Below, in pieces: positions 11,749-23,418 of a stretch of DNA of 64,000 nt. Source of the stretch: Vicugna vicugna (lineage: Eukaryota); contig MU057701.1 of NCBI GenBank assembly GCA_013265495.1, positions 558,001 through 622,000 on the forward strand. Reading direction: 5' to 3'. Numbering within the stretch: the first letter of the stretch is position 1; each line of letters begins with the position of its first letter. Made by a program: the position numbers and the translations under genes. A model generated the notes under the pieces. The model did no database searches, was not told where the DNA came from, and worked only from the letters and a program-made list of their open reading frames with translations.

Positions 11749-12470
11749 CAGGAGTCTGCAGACATTTTCTGTAAAGAGTCATATAGTAAATACGTTAGGC
11801 TTTGTGGGCCAAGAAACAACATCAAGACATTATGTAGGTGCTTATATAATGAGAGACTAAACAAATTTCCACAAATTTTTATTGATGAAATTCAACACAG
11901 CATAATAATAATAATAATTGGGTACAATTTTCTGTAATACAGGTCTACTAATGAGAAGAATGGACTACTTTTTGGGAGGATAACATTTTGCTTAGTTGGA
12001 GTTCAGAGTCAGTGTTTCCTATCATCATGGTGGAATCAGAGCCTCACTCTCCAACAAAGCTTCCCTGAAACCCTGTGGTCTTCCATCCTGAGAATTCACC
12101 AGAATGCTGGCTGTGTTTGCCCTCATAGTGGTGGAGAACTTTCACATGGGGGAAGCAGGTTAAGAGCTTAAGCTCTGGGGTAGGACTCCTTGGGTCTGAA
12201 TTTCCAGCAAAGGCTCAGTAACAGTGACATCTTTGACTGCTTACCTAAACCAATCTAGAAGCTTCTGTTCCTTCATCTATAAAATGAGTAATAGTACCTA
12301 CTTCACAGGGTTGTTGTAAAGATTAAATACAAAGACATAGTATAAATATGGTTCTTCTTTTGATTTTTTTCCAACTACTTTAAAATGTAAAACCATCCTT
12401 AACTCGCAGGCAGTACAAAAATGGGTGGCAGGCTGGATTTGGCCTGCAGGATATAGTTTGTGGACCTCTG
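11749..12470 (+). mobile_element. hAT-Charlie MER58/Cheshire-type element, two ends with foreign filler between
   Basis: Left end CAGGAGTCTGCAGACATTTTCTGTAAAGAG (11749 to ~12027); right end ...GGATTTGGCCTGCAGGATATAGTTTGTGGACCTCTG (~12350-12470). Confidence 0.75.
12155..12340 (+). mobile_element. MIR SINE
   Basis: GGTTAAGAGC..GCTCTGG..TTCCTTCATCTATAAAATGAG..TAATAGTACCTACTTCACAGGGTTGTTGTAAAGATTAAAT. Confidence 0.85.
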
Positions 12471-12509
12471 TGTTAGAGTATAAACTGGAATTATTGCCAC
12501 TTACTTTAG

Positions 12510-13270
12510 AATTAATGGTTGCTTTTTTCCTAATTGCAAAGCACCATATGTTCACTGCAGAAAACTTGGAAAACAGAGAAAAGCACCATTAAACAAGAGT
12601 CATTCAGAATCTCTACTATCCAAAAATGCTTCATTGGTGGTCCATTGTCTCTGTACATATATAAACATACATATTTTAGTAAGAGCAAGCTAATATTAAG
12701 CATACTGCTTTGTATCTTTTTTTCACTTATTAATATATAATTGTCATTAATAATCTTCTATAGCCTGAATTTTAATGACTGCATACTATTCTGTTATACA
12801 GATGCACTGCAATTTACTAAAGCAATTCCCAACAACATTAAAATTGTTTTGAATTTTTCACCATTAGACATAACTTGGCTATAAACTAGTACATACATGT
12901 TTGTGCACATCTCTGATTAGTTCCTTGGGATAAATTACAAGAATGCAATCACTGGGAATCTACATTTTTGAAGCTTTGGTGTGTCTTGCAAAATTGTCTT
13001 CTAGGAAAGATGTATAGTTTATACCCTCCCAAGTGGTATGGAAGGACATTGTCATTTACTGTGCTCTTATATTTCTGCTAGGTTATTTGACATATAGATT
13101 TAAACAGGGAAAACATTTTTATTTTTGAAACAATGCAGATAGACTAGAATGTACAGACAATAATGAAGCTTGCACCTATGTCCCCACCAGAAGGATTACA
13201 CTACTCTTCACGTTTTGCTGTACTTGCTTGTGTTATTTAAGAAAAACATGTTATAGATTCGAAAATAAGT
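12510..13270 (-). mobile_element. Old L1 (L1ME-type) fragments
   Basis: TTTTAATGACTGCATACTATTC, TTCCTTGGGATAAATT, CAAATTGTCTTCTAGGAAAGA motifs. Confidence 0.6.
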
Positions 13271-13429
13271 CTATTATTTCATCCCATTCTACCAATGAGA
13301 ATGAGATCTCAGTGATGAGATCAGTCAATCTCCAAAAGGTTAAGAAATTGTGTAAGTAGTAAGAGTAACAGTGGTTTTACTTACTGGCGAAGTGAGTAAG
13401 AGGTTCTTACTTACAAGAACCTCTTGTAA

Positions 13430-14800
13430 ATAGCATATGGCTCATTTTTAAAAATCGAGTCTGAGTTTTTAAACCAGCTGTTTTAGTCTGTGTGCGTTTA
13501 TAGTAACTGTTGTTATTTTAAATGATTTCTCTTATTTCATGTTTTCTATTTCCAATACTTTTCCTTTGCTTTCTTTTTCTCCTTTCCAGTCTCTTACTGA
13601 AGGAGTTTTATCAGTCACTCCCTTTCCCCCTCTACTGGCTTTGTTACCCTTAAATGTGTGCACTTTGAAAGCAGTCTAAAATTAACTTCAATCATCTCTC
13701 CTACTAGTTTATTTTCTTTTTATTTAGCTTAAAATTTTCCTTATTTTTGGTATTTCGGATAGACTTTGATATTCTGCTATTTAACTATAGTGTGTGTAGA
13801 TTTATTTTGATTTATTCTGCTCAGAACTTGCTATTATTCTCTACATGGAGGATTCCCAGCTTTTATAGTTTTGGAAAATCCTGGACTATTATCTTTTAAA
13901 ATATTGCTCTCCTTCACTTCAGCAGCCATGAAAATGTACCTCTCAGATCTCCTGCTGTAGGAAGCATAGTTGAGTGACCCCAGATACCATGTCTCAGGAT
14001 TCACTTAAAAGCCATGCTTCCCCTGGGCTGTTCCCAGTTGATGGCTGAGTAAGACATGGGTAGTAGTGCTAGCCCATTCCTGCAGGATGTAGGACTCCTT
14101 TAATGCATGACTTTGACTCAGGGTCTCCCTATCCACGGAACCAGAACTTTCTTAGAACTGTGCTTCACTCTGAGTCTTACCTTATTCAACACTCCTTTTC
14201 CCCCTCTCCTTTCATAGACACACCTGCATCATGGTCTGAAGCTTCTCCTCATCTACTGCTGCTTTTCCCAGTATCCTTCCTTGGCATCTGCTTATTGGAG
14301 GACCTAAACTAACAATCTCTCTATTTGTATCATGTGGATCTTGCATTAAATGCATACAGATAGTCTCATCGTACTCCCTATTCCAGGAGCTTTTCTTCCC
14401 TGTCCTTTTATCTCTCTGATGCCCTGTGGAGAGTTCCTCAAATATGTCTTCCATTTTGCTTAATCCTCTCTTCCTTTATGTCTACTCTATTTAATGTATA
14501 TGTTGACTTTTTAATTTTGCTGATTATAATATTCGTTTCTAGAATGTGGCTTATTTTCAAATCTATTTTTCATATTTTTTTCATGGTTTTATTTCCTACT
14601 TTTATGTCTTTTATAGTTTTAAACACAATGTATTTTGTATATAATTTTTCAGATTATAATTTTATTATCCCAAGTTCCTGGAACTCTAATAATCTTGTTT
14701 GTTTTGTTTACTATTTTCTGTTCATGGTGTATTGTAATTTTAAATTTTCTTATAAGCTGATCTTGAGTGGGGCTTATTTTTGTGTGTGTGGGGAATCTCA
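13430..14800 (-). mobile_element. Old L1 (L1ME-type) internal fragments, interrupted by an LTR
   Basis: T-rich, with GGAAAATCCTGGACTATTATCTTT and TTCTAGAATGTGGCTTATTTTCAAATCT motifs. Confidence 0.5.
13918..14313 (+). mobile_element. ERVL solo LTR, LTR16 family
   Basis: GCAGCCATGAAAATG..CTCAGATCTCCTGCTG...GCCCATTCCTGC..GGACTCC...CTTGGCATCTGCTTATTGGAGGACCTAAACTAACA. Confidence 0.75.
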
Positions 14801-16484
14801 TGTGGCCTGATAACAAGGCCCCACAAGGACAACTTGCATGGCTTCATCTAGAGATCTCAGAAGTATCACTTGCTTGGCGCCAGCATTTATGCTAATTTCT
14901 TAGTTTGGAACTTGTTGGATCACTCTGCTCAAGGCTCAGACCTGGAGATCCATATTTCAGAGGAGAGTTTTTCTGTATTGTTTTGTTTTGTTTTATTTTG
15001 TTTTGTTTTGTTTTCATTCAGAGCCCAGGGACACATAAAATGGGTTTTGGACCCATTTTCTAGAGGATGAGTTTTTGCCCCCCGTCTTCACCTAGAAAAC
15101 CACCCTTTGAGGATTCTGCCTCTCATCAAAGGTTTTAGTTCCAACTCTGTCTCATGGCGGCTCAAGGTTTCACCTCCTTTATCCACTTGGGTCTTAAAAT
15201 GCAAGTCTGTAAGTTACCAAAGCAGTCTCAGAATCCACTCACATGCTTTTATTCCGTTTTCCCCTTTCCTTTTCAGGTTACATTTTACCCAGCATCCTTA
15301 AGTGTTTGTAGTGGGAGTTTTCTCACATTGTCTTAATCTGCTGCCATGTTGCTGCACCAGAAGTCCCATTTACCGTATTCAGCTCTGTGCTTCAGGGCTT
15401 CTCAGGGCACCAGTTCTTAAGCAGTATCATTAGTGAAACTCATAAACTCACCCATTGTTACAAGAGCCAAGTGCTTGAGATCCCGTTCAGACTGTAGATC
15501 TATAGTATCTCCTGAGGGGCTTGGAAAGAAAGCTACCTTTATTTTCCAACCCATGGTAACTTCATTGGTAAATCTAGGAAGTGCTGTAAGATTTTGCATA
15601 TGGAACTGATGCTTAGAAGACAATGACATTGCATCATCATCCTCATTATTATTATTTCTTTTACTGTGCTGGCCTAGGAACAGAACTCTTCTGTTTTCCT
15701 CCCTTCTTTCTCCCAGCTTTCCTAACATCCTTCTCAATTTGTCCTTTGTCAACAGGGCAGAAAAGAGGTTGAAGTGATGTATGAGGATAATCCACTGTGC
15801 ACTGCTAAAAAGATAAAGTTAAATGAAGTGATTTATTACGTGTGGCAGGTATTCTGCCCCCAGAATTGTCTGTCAAAGTGAGCGCTCATTGATTTTACAT
15901 ACCTTCTCTGTCAGCCTCTGGATTGCCACTGTTCATCAGAAGTGGATAAATGGTTTATGGGGCCAGGGTGTTCTCCCAGCCTGGGCACTCTGTTGCAGGG
16001 GATAGCCTTTATATGTGTTCTAGGGCTCAGAGCTCTTGTATTCTCTAACTTTAAACTACGTATATGAGAAGAGCAAATGCCACCAGTACCTCAAATTAAT
16101 TCAAATTAGAAGTAAAACATATTCTGTATCCCCATTTTGAAAATGCTTCTAGAATCTTCCGACTTGAGTCAGCTAGATAATAGGTCCCAACAGAACAGCA
16201 CAGGGTAATATACAGCTGCAGGGGCAGTGCCTAAGTCAGTCTGGTCTGTGTTAGAAGAAAGATACTCCATATCCTGTGGGTACTAATGAAATAGGGAGTT
16301 TCCTTTCACTTTAGGGGACTATACGCAAATCACACAGGACCTGACTTCCCTGTTTTTCTCCAAACCCATCCCTTTGTGTTGGAGAGTGACAAGCAAAATC
16401 TTTTTCCAGCAACCACAGTGCAGCCTTGGGAGTCAGGATCAGTGTCACGGAGCTTCAGCAATGTCCAGATGCTGAAGAGGTGGT

Positions 16485-16625
16485 CTTAAAAATCTTAGAA
16501 TTTTGAACTTGCATGGACCTTAGACCATTTAATCTAGTGTTCTAATTGTGGATGAGGAATCCAAAGCCACAAACTATGTTAATAAGAACTAGTCAGTTAC
16601 ACAACCAGCATTCAACCTGGTCCCT
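16485..16625 (-). mobile_element. MIR fragment
   Basis: GGACCTTAGA..ATCTAG..GATGAGGAA. Confidence 0.5.
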
Positions 16626-19600
16626 GGAATTCCTACCCATCACTGTCCCCTGGGGGCTTCTCTTCCACTTCTCGCCTGAGTAGCTTTCCATTTGCTTTCA
16701 CAACATACCACTTGAAGTTAGCGATAACTGAGATAACTGCTGTTGGCAGCTCCCATCATTGAGGTTCATTTTTCTGGTCCTTTGATAAGGAGAGAGTTCT
16801 GTTTATTATGAGTTGGGAGGAGGGAGCTCAGGTACAATTTTGCTTTTACTTTTCTTTTTTCTATTTTTTTCCTGTTGCATGCTTAAGTATAGTGACCTGG
16901 ACAAGAACACCACATTGCAGGCACTTTCCAAATGCACATTGTGCTGGAAAAAAGACTGCATTTATGTAATTGGGGTGGAGCCAGGAAAATTATTTACATG
17001 ATGTAATGGTGTTTTCTAAATGGCAAATTTTGGGAAAGAAAGCTTAGTTGGATCACTAAATAATTATAAACAAATACATAGGTTGTATTTATATATGCAC
17101 ACATGTATATTTGTAATATACCGATCATGGTTAGCATTTGTATTTTTTAAAACCGTAAGCATTCTGTACTAATTTGGACTTATAAATGCCTTTGCATAGC
17201 AAGTAGCAGTTTATAGTAGCTAAAGAGAGAGGAACACTAATAGTATTTCTGTTTTTGTACCTCTGATAGGCAGGTAGGGAGAACTGAAAGCTTGATTTGG
17301 GTTAGTTGGGGTTTTTTTTAATGCTTATTTACAATACTGGTTAATCACTTTCTTAATTGAATTTGTGGCATATATTTCCATAATATGAATTTGTGGCAAT
17401 ATTGATTCAGCTTTCCCTGAGCCCATACTACCAGCTCTTACAAGTTAACCAGGATGTTGTCTTCATGCTATAATGATTTTGTACTTCACATAGTGCTTTG
17501 GAGGTTGGAGGAAGCAAATTCAGCCTCCAGAAGTCCTTAACTTAGAGTCAAGAAGCATCGCTGATACCAGGAGAGGCTACGTGAATGTGTATTTGGTGGT
17601 ATAAGGGAAAAGATATTTTGTGTTCAGATAAGTAGAGAAAAAAATGTGTAGACCCACATTATATTCATTTTCTTCCCTGTGTTCCCTTGTGGCCTGATTA
17701 TTCATCTGGCTGAGATGTAAGATCTTTTGAGCTTCTAACATAATAGTTATTCATAAAGGCATTTAGGCTGATGGCTTTCTTAGAACGTCCTGCTGTTCAG
17801 GATGGACTTCATCTATATTTCAATGAATTTCTAAATGGGGGAAACAGAACATTTTTTCTTTGATTAATTCATTCGTTTTTTTAGTCCTTCAGGACCCATA
17901 TGCTGGTGAACTCCAAAAGCAAGTCAGTAAAGGAAGAATGGTAAATTGGAATTGGAACCGTGAACTGGCCCCATAAAACTCTTTGAACACTGCCCTAAAT
18001 TCAACATCTGAAATATAATGGACCAGGCAGAGATTTATGAAAGCTAATTTAAAATTGCACCAAAGAAGCACATTTATGAGCCATATAAAGTTCATGGGCT
18101 GTTTTAGATCACTCTTTACAACCCTCTGGCTTTTAACCTACTTTGCCCAAGAATCAAGTACTTGAGTCAGGTACAACTAGTTTTGTTATGCCTTGACTTC
18201 TTGGACTATTCACTGGGAATATGTCCTCTGGAACTAGGATTTTAAGATTTTATGTTACTGGATATACACCTGCCTTAGACTGGTCTCCGGAGGTCAACAC
18301 TAAGATGAGAATGGGGCGGGGCAGTCATCCTAGGAAGCCCCAAGAGGAGCACAGGGCAGTGAGAAAGGGGAAGGAGGGAAGGTCATAGAGTATATGTAAA
18401 GGAGAGAGCTTCCAACTGATCCTGTATGGAGGAAACAGCCTTGAAAACCACCAAGGAAAGATGATCTGTGCCATGGTTCTAGCACCAGTGTGAATCCTAT
18501 TTTTTAAGTACCTCATTGAAACAAACTTGATGGCTGACATAACTCTTTCTTGCCTTATAAGTGATCTGTGAGACCGGACTTAGCAGTGTTGAGTTTTTCC
18601 CTCATCATTTCCCTTGAATATATGGTGACCAGGAATTAGCAAAATCAGCCTTTTGTTGTAGGATTTTTTTAGGAGATGGGTCAGACACCCAGGTATGGGA
18701 GAGTACCTCCTTCTGATGACCTTTCTCCAATCTGAATAAGGAAGAACTGGGACATCAGCTTTCTCTCTGTTGTTTGGAGCATTGGCAGGCTTCGGTCTGA
18801 GTCTTCTCTGCCTAGTGGTCCTCAAGGGAGTGCTGGAGTCCTTGACCTGGAAATTCTCTTCCCAGGATCTACCCAAGACTCCCAAAACTTCAAGGAAGCT
18901 TAATTCCCATTGTCTTGGGTCAGGTTCTTTAGAAGTCAAGAAATTCTCATGGAGATGATGTATGGCCTTGGGGGTGGAGGTGGGGAGAGTGGCAGGGCAG
19001 GGGTTGGGGGGAGCTGAGTGTTAGCTGGGTTCCTGGGGAGCTCTGTCTCCTCTTACCTGAGGGCTGGTTGGCCTTTTGTTCTCTTCTCCCATGTCAGCTA
19101 TTGATTAGTTGTAAGCTTCCCTCAGGGCAGGCATAACCTTCCAGGTGGAGAAGCTCCCATAGGTCAAAGATAATTTTATGAAGTAGAGGGTCAGATGGGA
19201 CCCATTAGCAGTCAACACTTAAAAGGATGCAGGCAGGGCACTCTGGCATTGCCCAGTGAAGAGAACAGGACCAGGCATTGGCCCATTTCTTACTCATCCC
19301 CTTTAACACAAATCACCACTCCTCCAAGTGACCCTCTTCAAAGTGCCTGTTTGCCCTCCAAATTCGGTGTCCTTGGTCCACTCTCTTGAGAAACTCCATT
19401 CCTGGACCCAGGAAAGGAGAATGAGATGCCCATGCCTTCTGGCACCTGGCACCTATTGCTTTAGCTGGACCCCACTGGGGGTTTGCTGGCTCCACGAGGA
19501 GTGGTGGTTCCTGGTGCTGGTGGGAGGTAGGGTGGGAGGTGATGAAGGGCTTAATCCTGATCGTCTTTCAACCACTTTCTTCCAGAGTCAACTCATGGCA

Positions 19601-20250
19601 AATAGTCTTCAGCAGTGAATATTAATTTTATGCCCCAAACAATCCAACAGCCAAAACCCAATTTTATAAGGAATGAAAGAGTATTTTCCTCCTATTAACA
19701 GGGCTTTGACTCTACTTTTTGCAAAATAAAAACCTGGCATTCTTGTGCTGAGGACCACGTGATACTTTACTGATCCTGCGTTTGTTACCATTTTAGCTAA
19801 AAAGGGCTCTGAGGTGGCCAGGGTGTTTTGGTTTTTGTTTTTGTTTTTTTTCTGACTTCAGATTTCTTTCTCAGTACAAGTTGTGGGGGGGGGTGTGGAC
19901 TGGTGAGAGAACTTTCAGTTGTACCTGTTTCATATTTACTGTGGCCCAGAGTGACTGGGGTCTTACCTTCACGGATGTTGTTGCTGGGGCTTTTGAAGTA
20001 GCCCCGGTCAGTGATTGAATGGCTGTTGCAAAATTCTGAATTTGGGAACCAAGTATTGTTCTCTTGCTACACCAGCATGTCCCTTAAGGCAGGTAATGAG
20101 GTTTGCTTTGCCTGCGCCCCAACAAGATTTGCTTTACAAGATATTGTCATTCAGGGTAAACGCTAAGCTCTCTATCTCTGCATCCGAGTCACCTGCCAGC
20201 CACTCCCAGGTGTGTGATGCTTTTGGATATTGTGTCCAAATATCTCCATG

Positions 20251-20368
20251 GGGGGAGGGTATAGCTCAAGTGGTAGAGCGCATGCTTAGCATGCAGAGGT
20301 CCTGGGTTCAATCCTCAGTACCTCTTCTTAAAAAAATTAAATAAATAAACCTAATTACCTCCCCCGAC

Positions 20369-20419
<51 letters not shown>

Positions 20420-20452
20420 AAAAAAAAAAAAAAAGAAAAACAAACAAACAAA
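20251..20452 (+). mobile_element. tRNA-Ala(AGC)-derived camelid SINE (Vic-1 type), full length, very young
   Basis: Box A TAGCTCAAGTGG, anticodon loop TTAGCAT, box B GGTTCAATCC, AACCTAATTACCTCCCC body, 49-A run; TSD CAAATATCTCCATG at 20237-20250 and 20453-20466. Confidence 0.95.
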
Positions 20453-20539
20453 CAAATATCTCCATGACTTCTAAGAATAAAACTGCCAAAGAGGTCATCC
20501 CAATATTCTAGAAAGCTGTCCGTGGGATATGAGTCATTA

Positions 20540-20920
20540 AATCCAGCCCACATTCAAGGGAGGGAAGTAAGCTCTACCCAACAGAGGGAGGAGTATCAAA
20601 AAAAAAAAAAAAAGAGTTGTTTAGGTGTACTAAAACCACCACAGTAATTAATAAATGCTTTTGGAGGGATGGTTTGAGGCTCTGCAAGTATCCTGTTTCT
20701 CTTTTAAAACCTTTCCGCATTCACTGGTGGATGTTTCCTGCAGCCATGATTGCTATAGCGTTCTGCTAGTGATTTTCTGTTTCTTTCATTCCTCCTATGT
20801 TTATTACTTGGGATTCTTCTGTAAGGAAGTTTTGTCCCTCTCTGACATTTATTTATTTATCCAATTGTTTGTTTATGTCCGTATGGACTCAACAGATAAT
20901 TTATTTTATTCTCTGGGTAA
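20540..20920 (-). mobile_element. L1MC4/L1MC5-type 3'UTR fragment
   Basis: CACATTCAAGGGAGGGAA..AAAACCACCACAGTAATTAATAAAT..ATTCTTCTGTAAGGAAG..GTATGGACTCA. Confidence 0.75.
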
Positions 20921-21249
20921 GAGGCATTTTTAAAAGGGGAAAATGGCCTCTCTGAATCAGGTAGGGGGGAGGTGGTGAGAAAGAGGAGGGCCATGCTGGA
21001 GGGAGTGAAGTTCCTGAGAAGGCGGGCAAGAATGATGTTCAGAAGAGGGAGTTGGAGCTTGACAAAAACAAGGAACACTCTGTTCTCAAAAACAGGGACG
21101 AAGAACACTTAAGAGGGTCTATTTTGATGCCAGGAGGGAGTTCCCATTAATTAGCTTTTGTCTTCTTGGTCAGGATTATTTTTTGTGACGACAGTCGGAA
21201 ATTGACTTGGAATTTAAATTTTCTTGGCGAAAATTTCTGGCCTCTAGAG

Positions 21250-21469
21250 TAGGCTTTCTTGAACCACGGCACTCCTGACATTTGGCCCGGATCATTCTTT
21301 GCTGTGAGGGGCTGTCCTGTGCATTGTAGGGTGTTTCACGGTATCCCTGGCCTCCAGCCCCTAGATGCCAGTAGTGTGACCATCAGAATGTCTCCTGTGC
21401 CACCAAGTAGGAGGCAGTGCCACCAAATATCCCCTGGAAAACAAAACCACCCCTGGCTGAGGACCACTG
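21250..21469 (+). mobile_element. MER20 (hAT-Charlie) MITE
   Basis: GGCACTCCTGACATTTGG..GGGGCTGTCCTGTGCATTGTAGG..CTAGATGCCAGTAG..GGCTGAGGACCACTG; preceded by the Charlie-type target CTCTAGAG. Confidence 0.9.
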
Positions 21470-21640
21470 ATCTCAAATAACATACACCGTGCTAGCCATC
21501 CACACAATTCCTGACCATTACTTTTGAAAGACTAAGACAATGACATTCACCTGAGTTCCTGCACAAAGAAATAAGCCACCCTGGTGTGAACATCAATGTG
21601 GCCACAGTTGCTAAGGGGTGGGGGCTTGTTGGAAACAGCT

Positions 21641-22302
21641 TGTCAATGAAAATAATCAATAAACATTCAATAATAAGAATAGAAAAGAATTTTATTTGAG
21701 CCAAACTCAGCACTAGCCTGGAAGCCCGCTTCCCAGATTACTCTGAGAAACTGCTCCAGAGAAGCATGGTTTTCAGCACAGTTTTATATCTCATCAGATT
21801 AAGCAACATTAGGTGGGGAGGGTATAGCTCAAGTGGTAAAGTGCATGCTTAGCATACACAAGGTCCTGGGTTCAATCCCCAGCACCTTCTCCAAAAAATA
21901 AATAAATAAATCTAATTACCTTCCCCTCCTAAATAAATAAGTAAATAAAAGAACAAAGAACATTAAACAAGTCAGGGATGCACTTCTTCAAGGTTTCAAA
22001 AAAAAAAAAAACAAACAGACAAGCACATGCCATACGGCCTTGGCACCTGGGATGGGAGCCTTATCAAAGGAGGACCAGCAACCCAGGGAGAGGGACATTT
22101 AATCTTTTGTTTTTAACAGTTTAACATGGATATTCTTTACTTCCAGTCAATGTTCCCTTTTCTCTAATAATTAAAGCACATGTACAATATATGTTTGATA
22201 GGCCACAAACAGGCTACTTTAGTTAGCATAAGATTCGTGTTAACCCCTGCATAAGCCACAATGACTTCCCTGTATCTCAGTATGTGAACATCTCTTTTAT
22301 CA
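21641..22302 (-). mobile_element. ERV1-class solo LTR (MER41-like, artiodactyl) containing a nested SINE
   Basis: TG...CA termini; near-perfect 4-bp TSD AGCT/AGCC; reverse poly(A) signal TTTATT; CTCTGAGAAACTGCTCC motif. Confidence 0.7.
21815..21950 (+). mobile_element. tRNA-Ala-derived camelid SINE (Vic-1 type)
   Basis: GGGGAGGGTATAGCTCAAGTGG...GGTTCAATCCCCAG...TCTAATTACCTTCCCC plus A-rich tail. Confidence 0.92.
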
Positions 22303-23418
22303 AGCCAATGGTGTTCGCAGCACAGAAACCTGACAAGTCAAGAAGAAATGAAGTCTGGTTCTCAGAGGGTCTTTGTTCTGGAAAGTGTTGCTGTGGTTAT
22401 AGCCTTGCCTTACGGTGATGGGTTGTTTTACCTTCTATGTGGTTTCTGTGTGGGTTTGAGAAGCGACTTTATTGTGATGTCAGTTGGGGACAGAGAAACT
22501 CTTCTCACAGGTGAGTTTCTGAAAGCCTGTTTGTTCTAAGTCCAACATGACACTAACCTCCCTTGGGTACACTTCAGTTGCTGGTAAAGTTGTTTCCCAA
22601 GTGAGCCAGGGATGTTGGGGACTCTTACTCCTTTACAACTCTCGTTTTATTATCCAAAGACATGTGCATCTTGACCTTTTTTTTTTTTTAATCTTCAGTT
22701 AGTTTTTCACAAGACACTGCATTTCAAACATAGCAAACATGACAAAAGGCCAAGGCCGAGGCTGAAACGACCTTGCACAACTGCTGATGCCATCTGTTGG
22801 TGGTTGGCAGGACTCATGCCCTTTGAAGCCTTGTTTATTGCACAGAAAGTTGAAAATTGGCAGCAGAGGATCTTCCTTGCACCCGGGGAGCTCGGGATTG
22901 GCAGGATAGGGGAGGAGTAGAAGCGGTGGGTCGTGTGGTTTGTAGATCCAGCACCAGTCATCAGTGGGCACCAGGAAACTATATTTAAAATAATTTTAGG
23001 AGGATTTTTCAAGGTACCCGGCTGGGATGCCATTGGGACTCCAAACCCATTTATGAAATGATTGTCATTGAAGAAAGAATCCCAATGCATTGGGCTTTGG
23101 GGAGTTAACAGAACAACAAGGAGATCGCAACCGAAAATCAGTGTGTTCCACAGAGTTAGGAAGCAGCTGATACATGTGCAATTTGATTAGTCGGGAACAC
23201 TATTAACTCCTCATTCTAATTGAGGAAACTAAGACTTGATCAGAATAATATCTATTTTATCCTCTCTCAAAGTGCTTTCAAATACTGTACACTTATTTCT
23301 ATACCAGTCCATTTTGGCCAGCATATCCCCCTTTTCTGATACCAAACTGAGACTCCTAGAGATTATGTTTCCTGGGTCCACATATCTAGTTAATATTGAG
23401 AGCCAGAATTAGTCCAGC

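Noticed and set aside
17358..17398. 13-bp direct repeat TGAATTTGTGGCA with a 15-nt spacer
   Set aside because: Only two copies; a small duplication, not CRISPR-like or otherwise organised.
20251..20325. tRNA-Ala(AGC) gene calls for this and the other five tRNA-like heads
   Set aside because: Mismatched acceptor stems, indels, A-rich tails and TSDs show they are SINE retrocopies, not tRNA genes.
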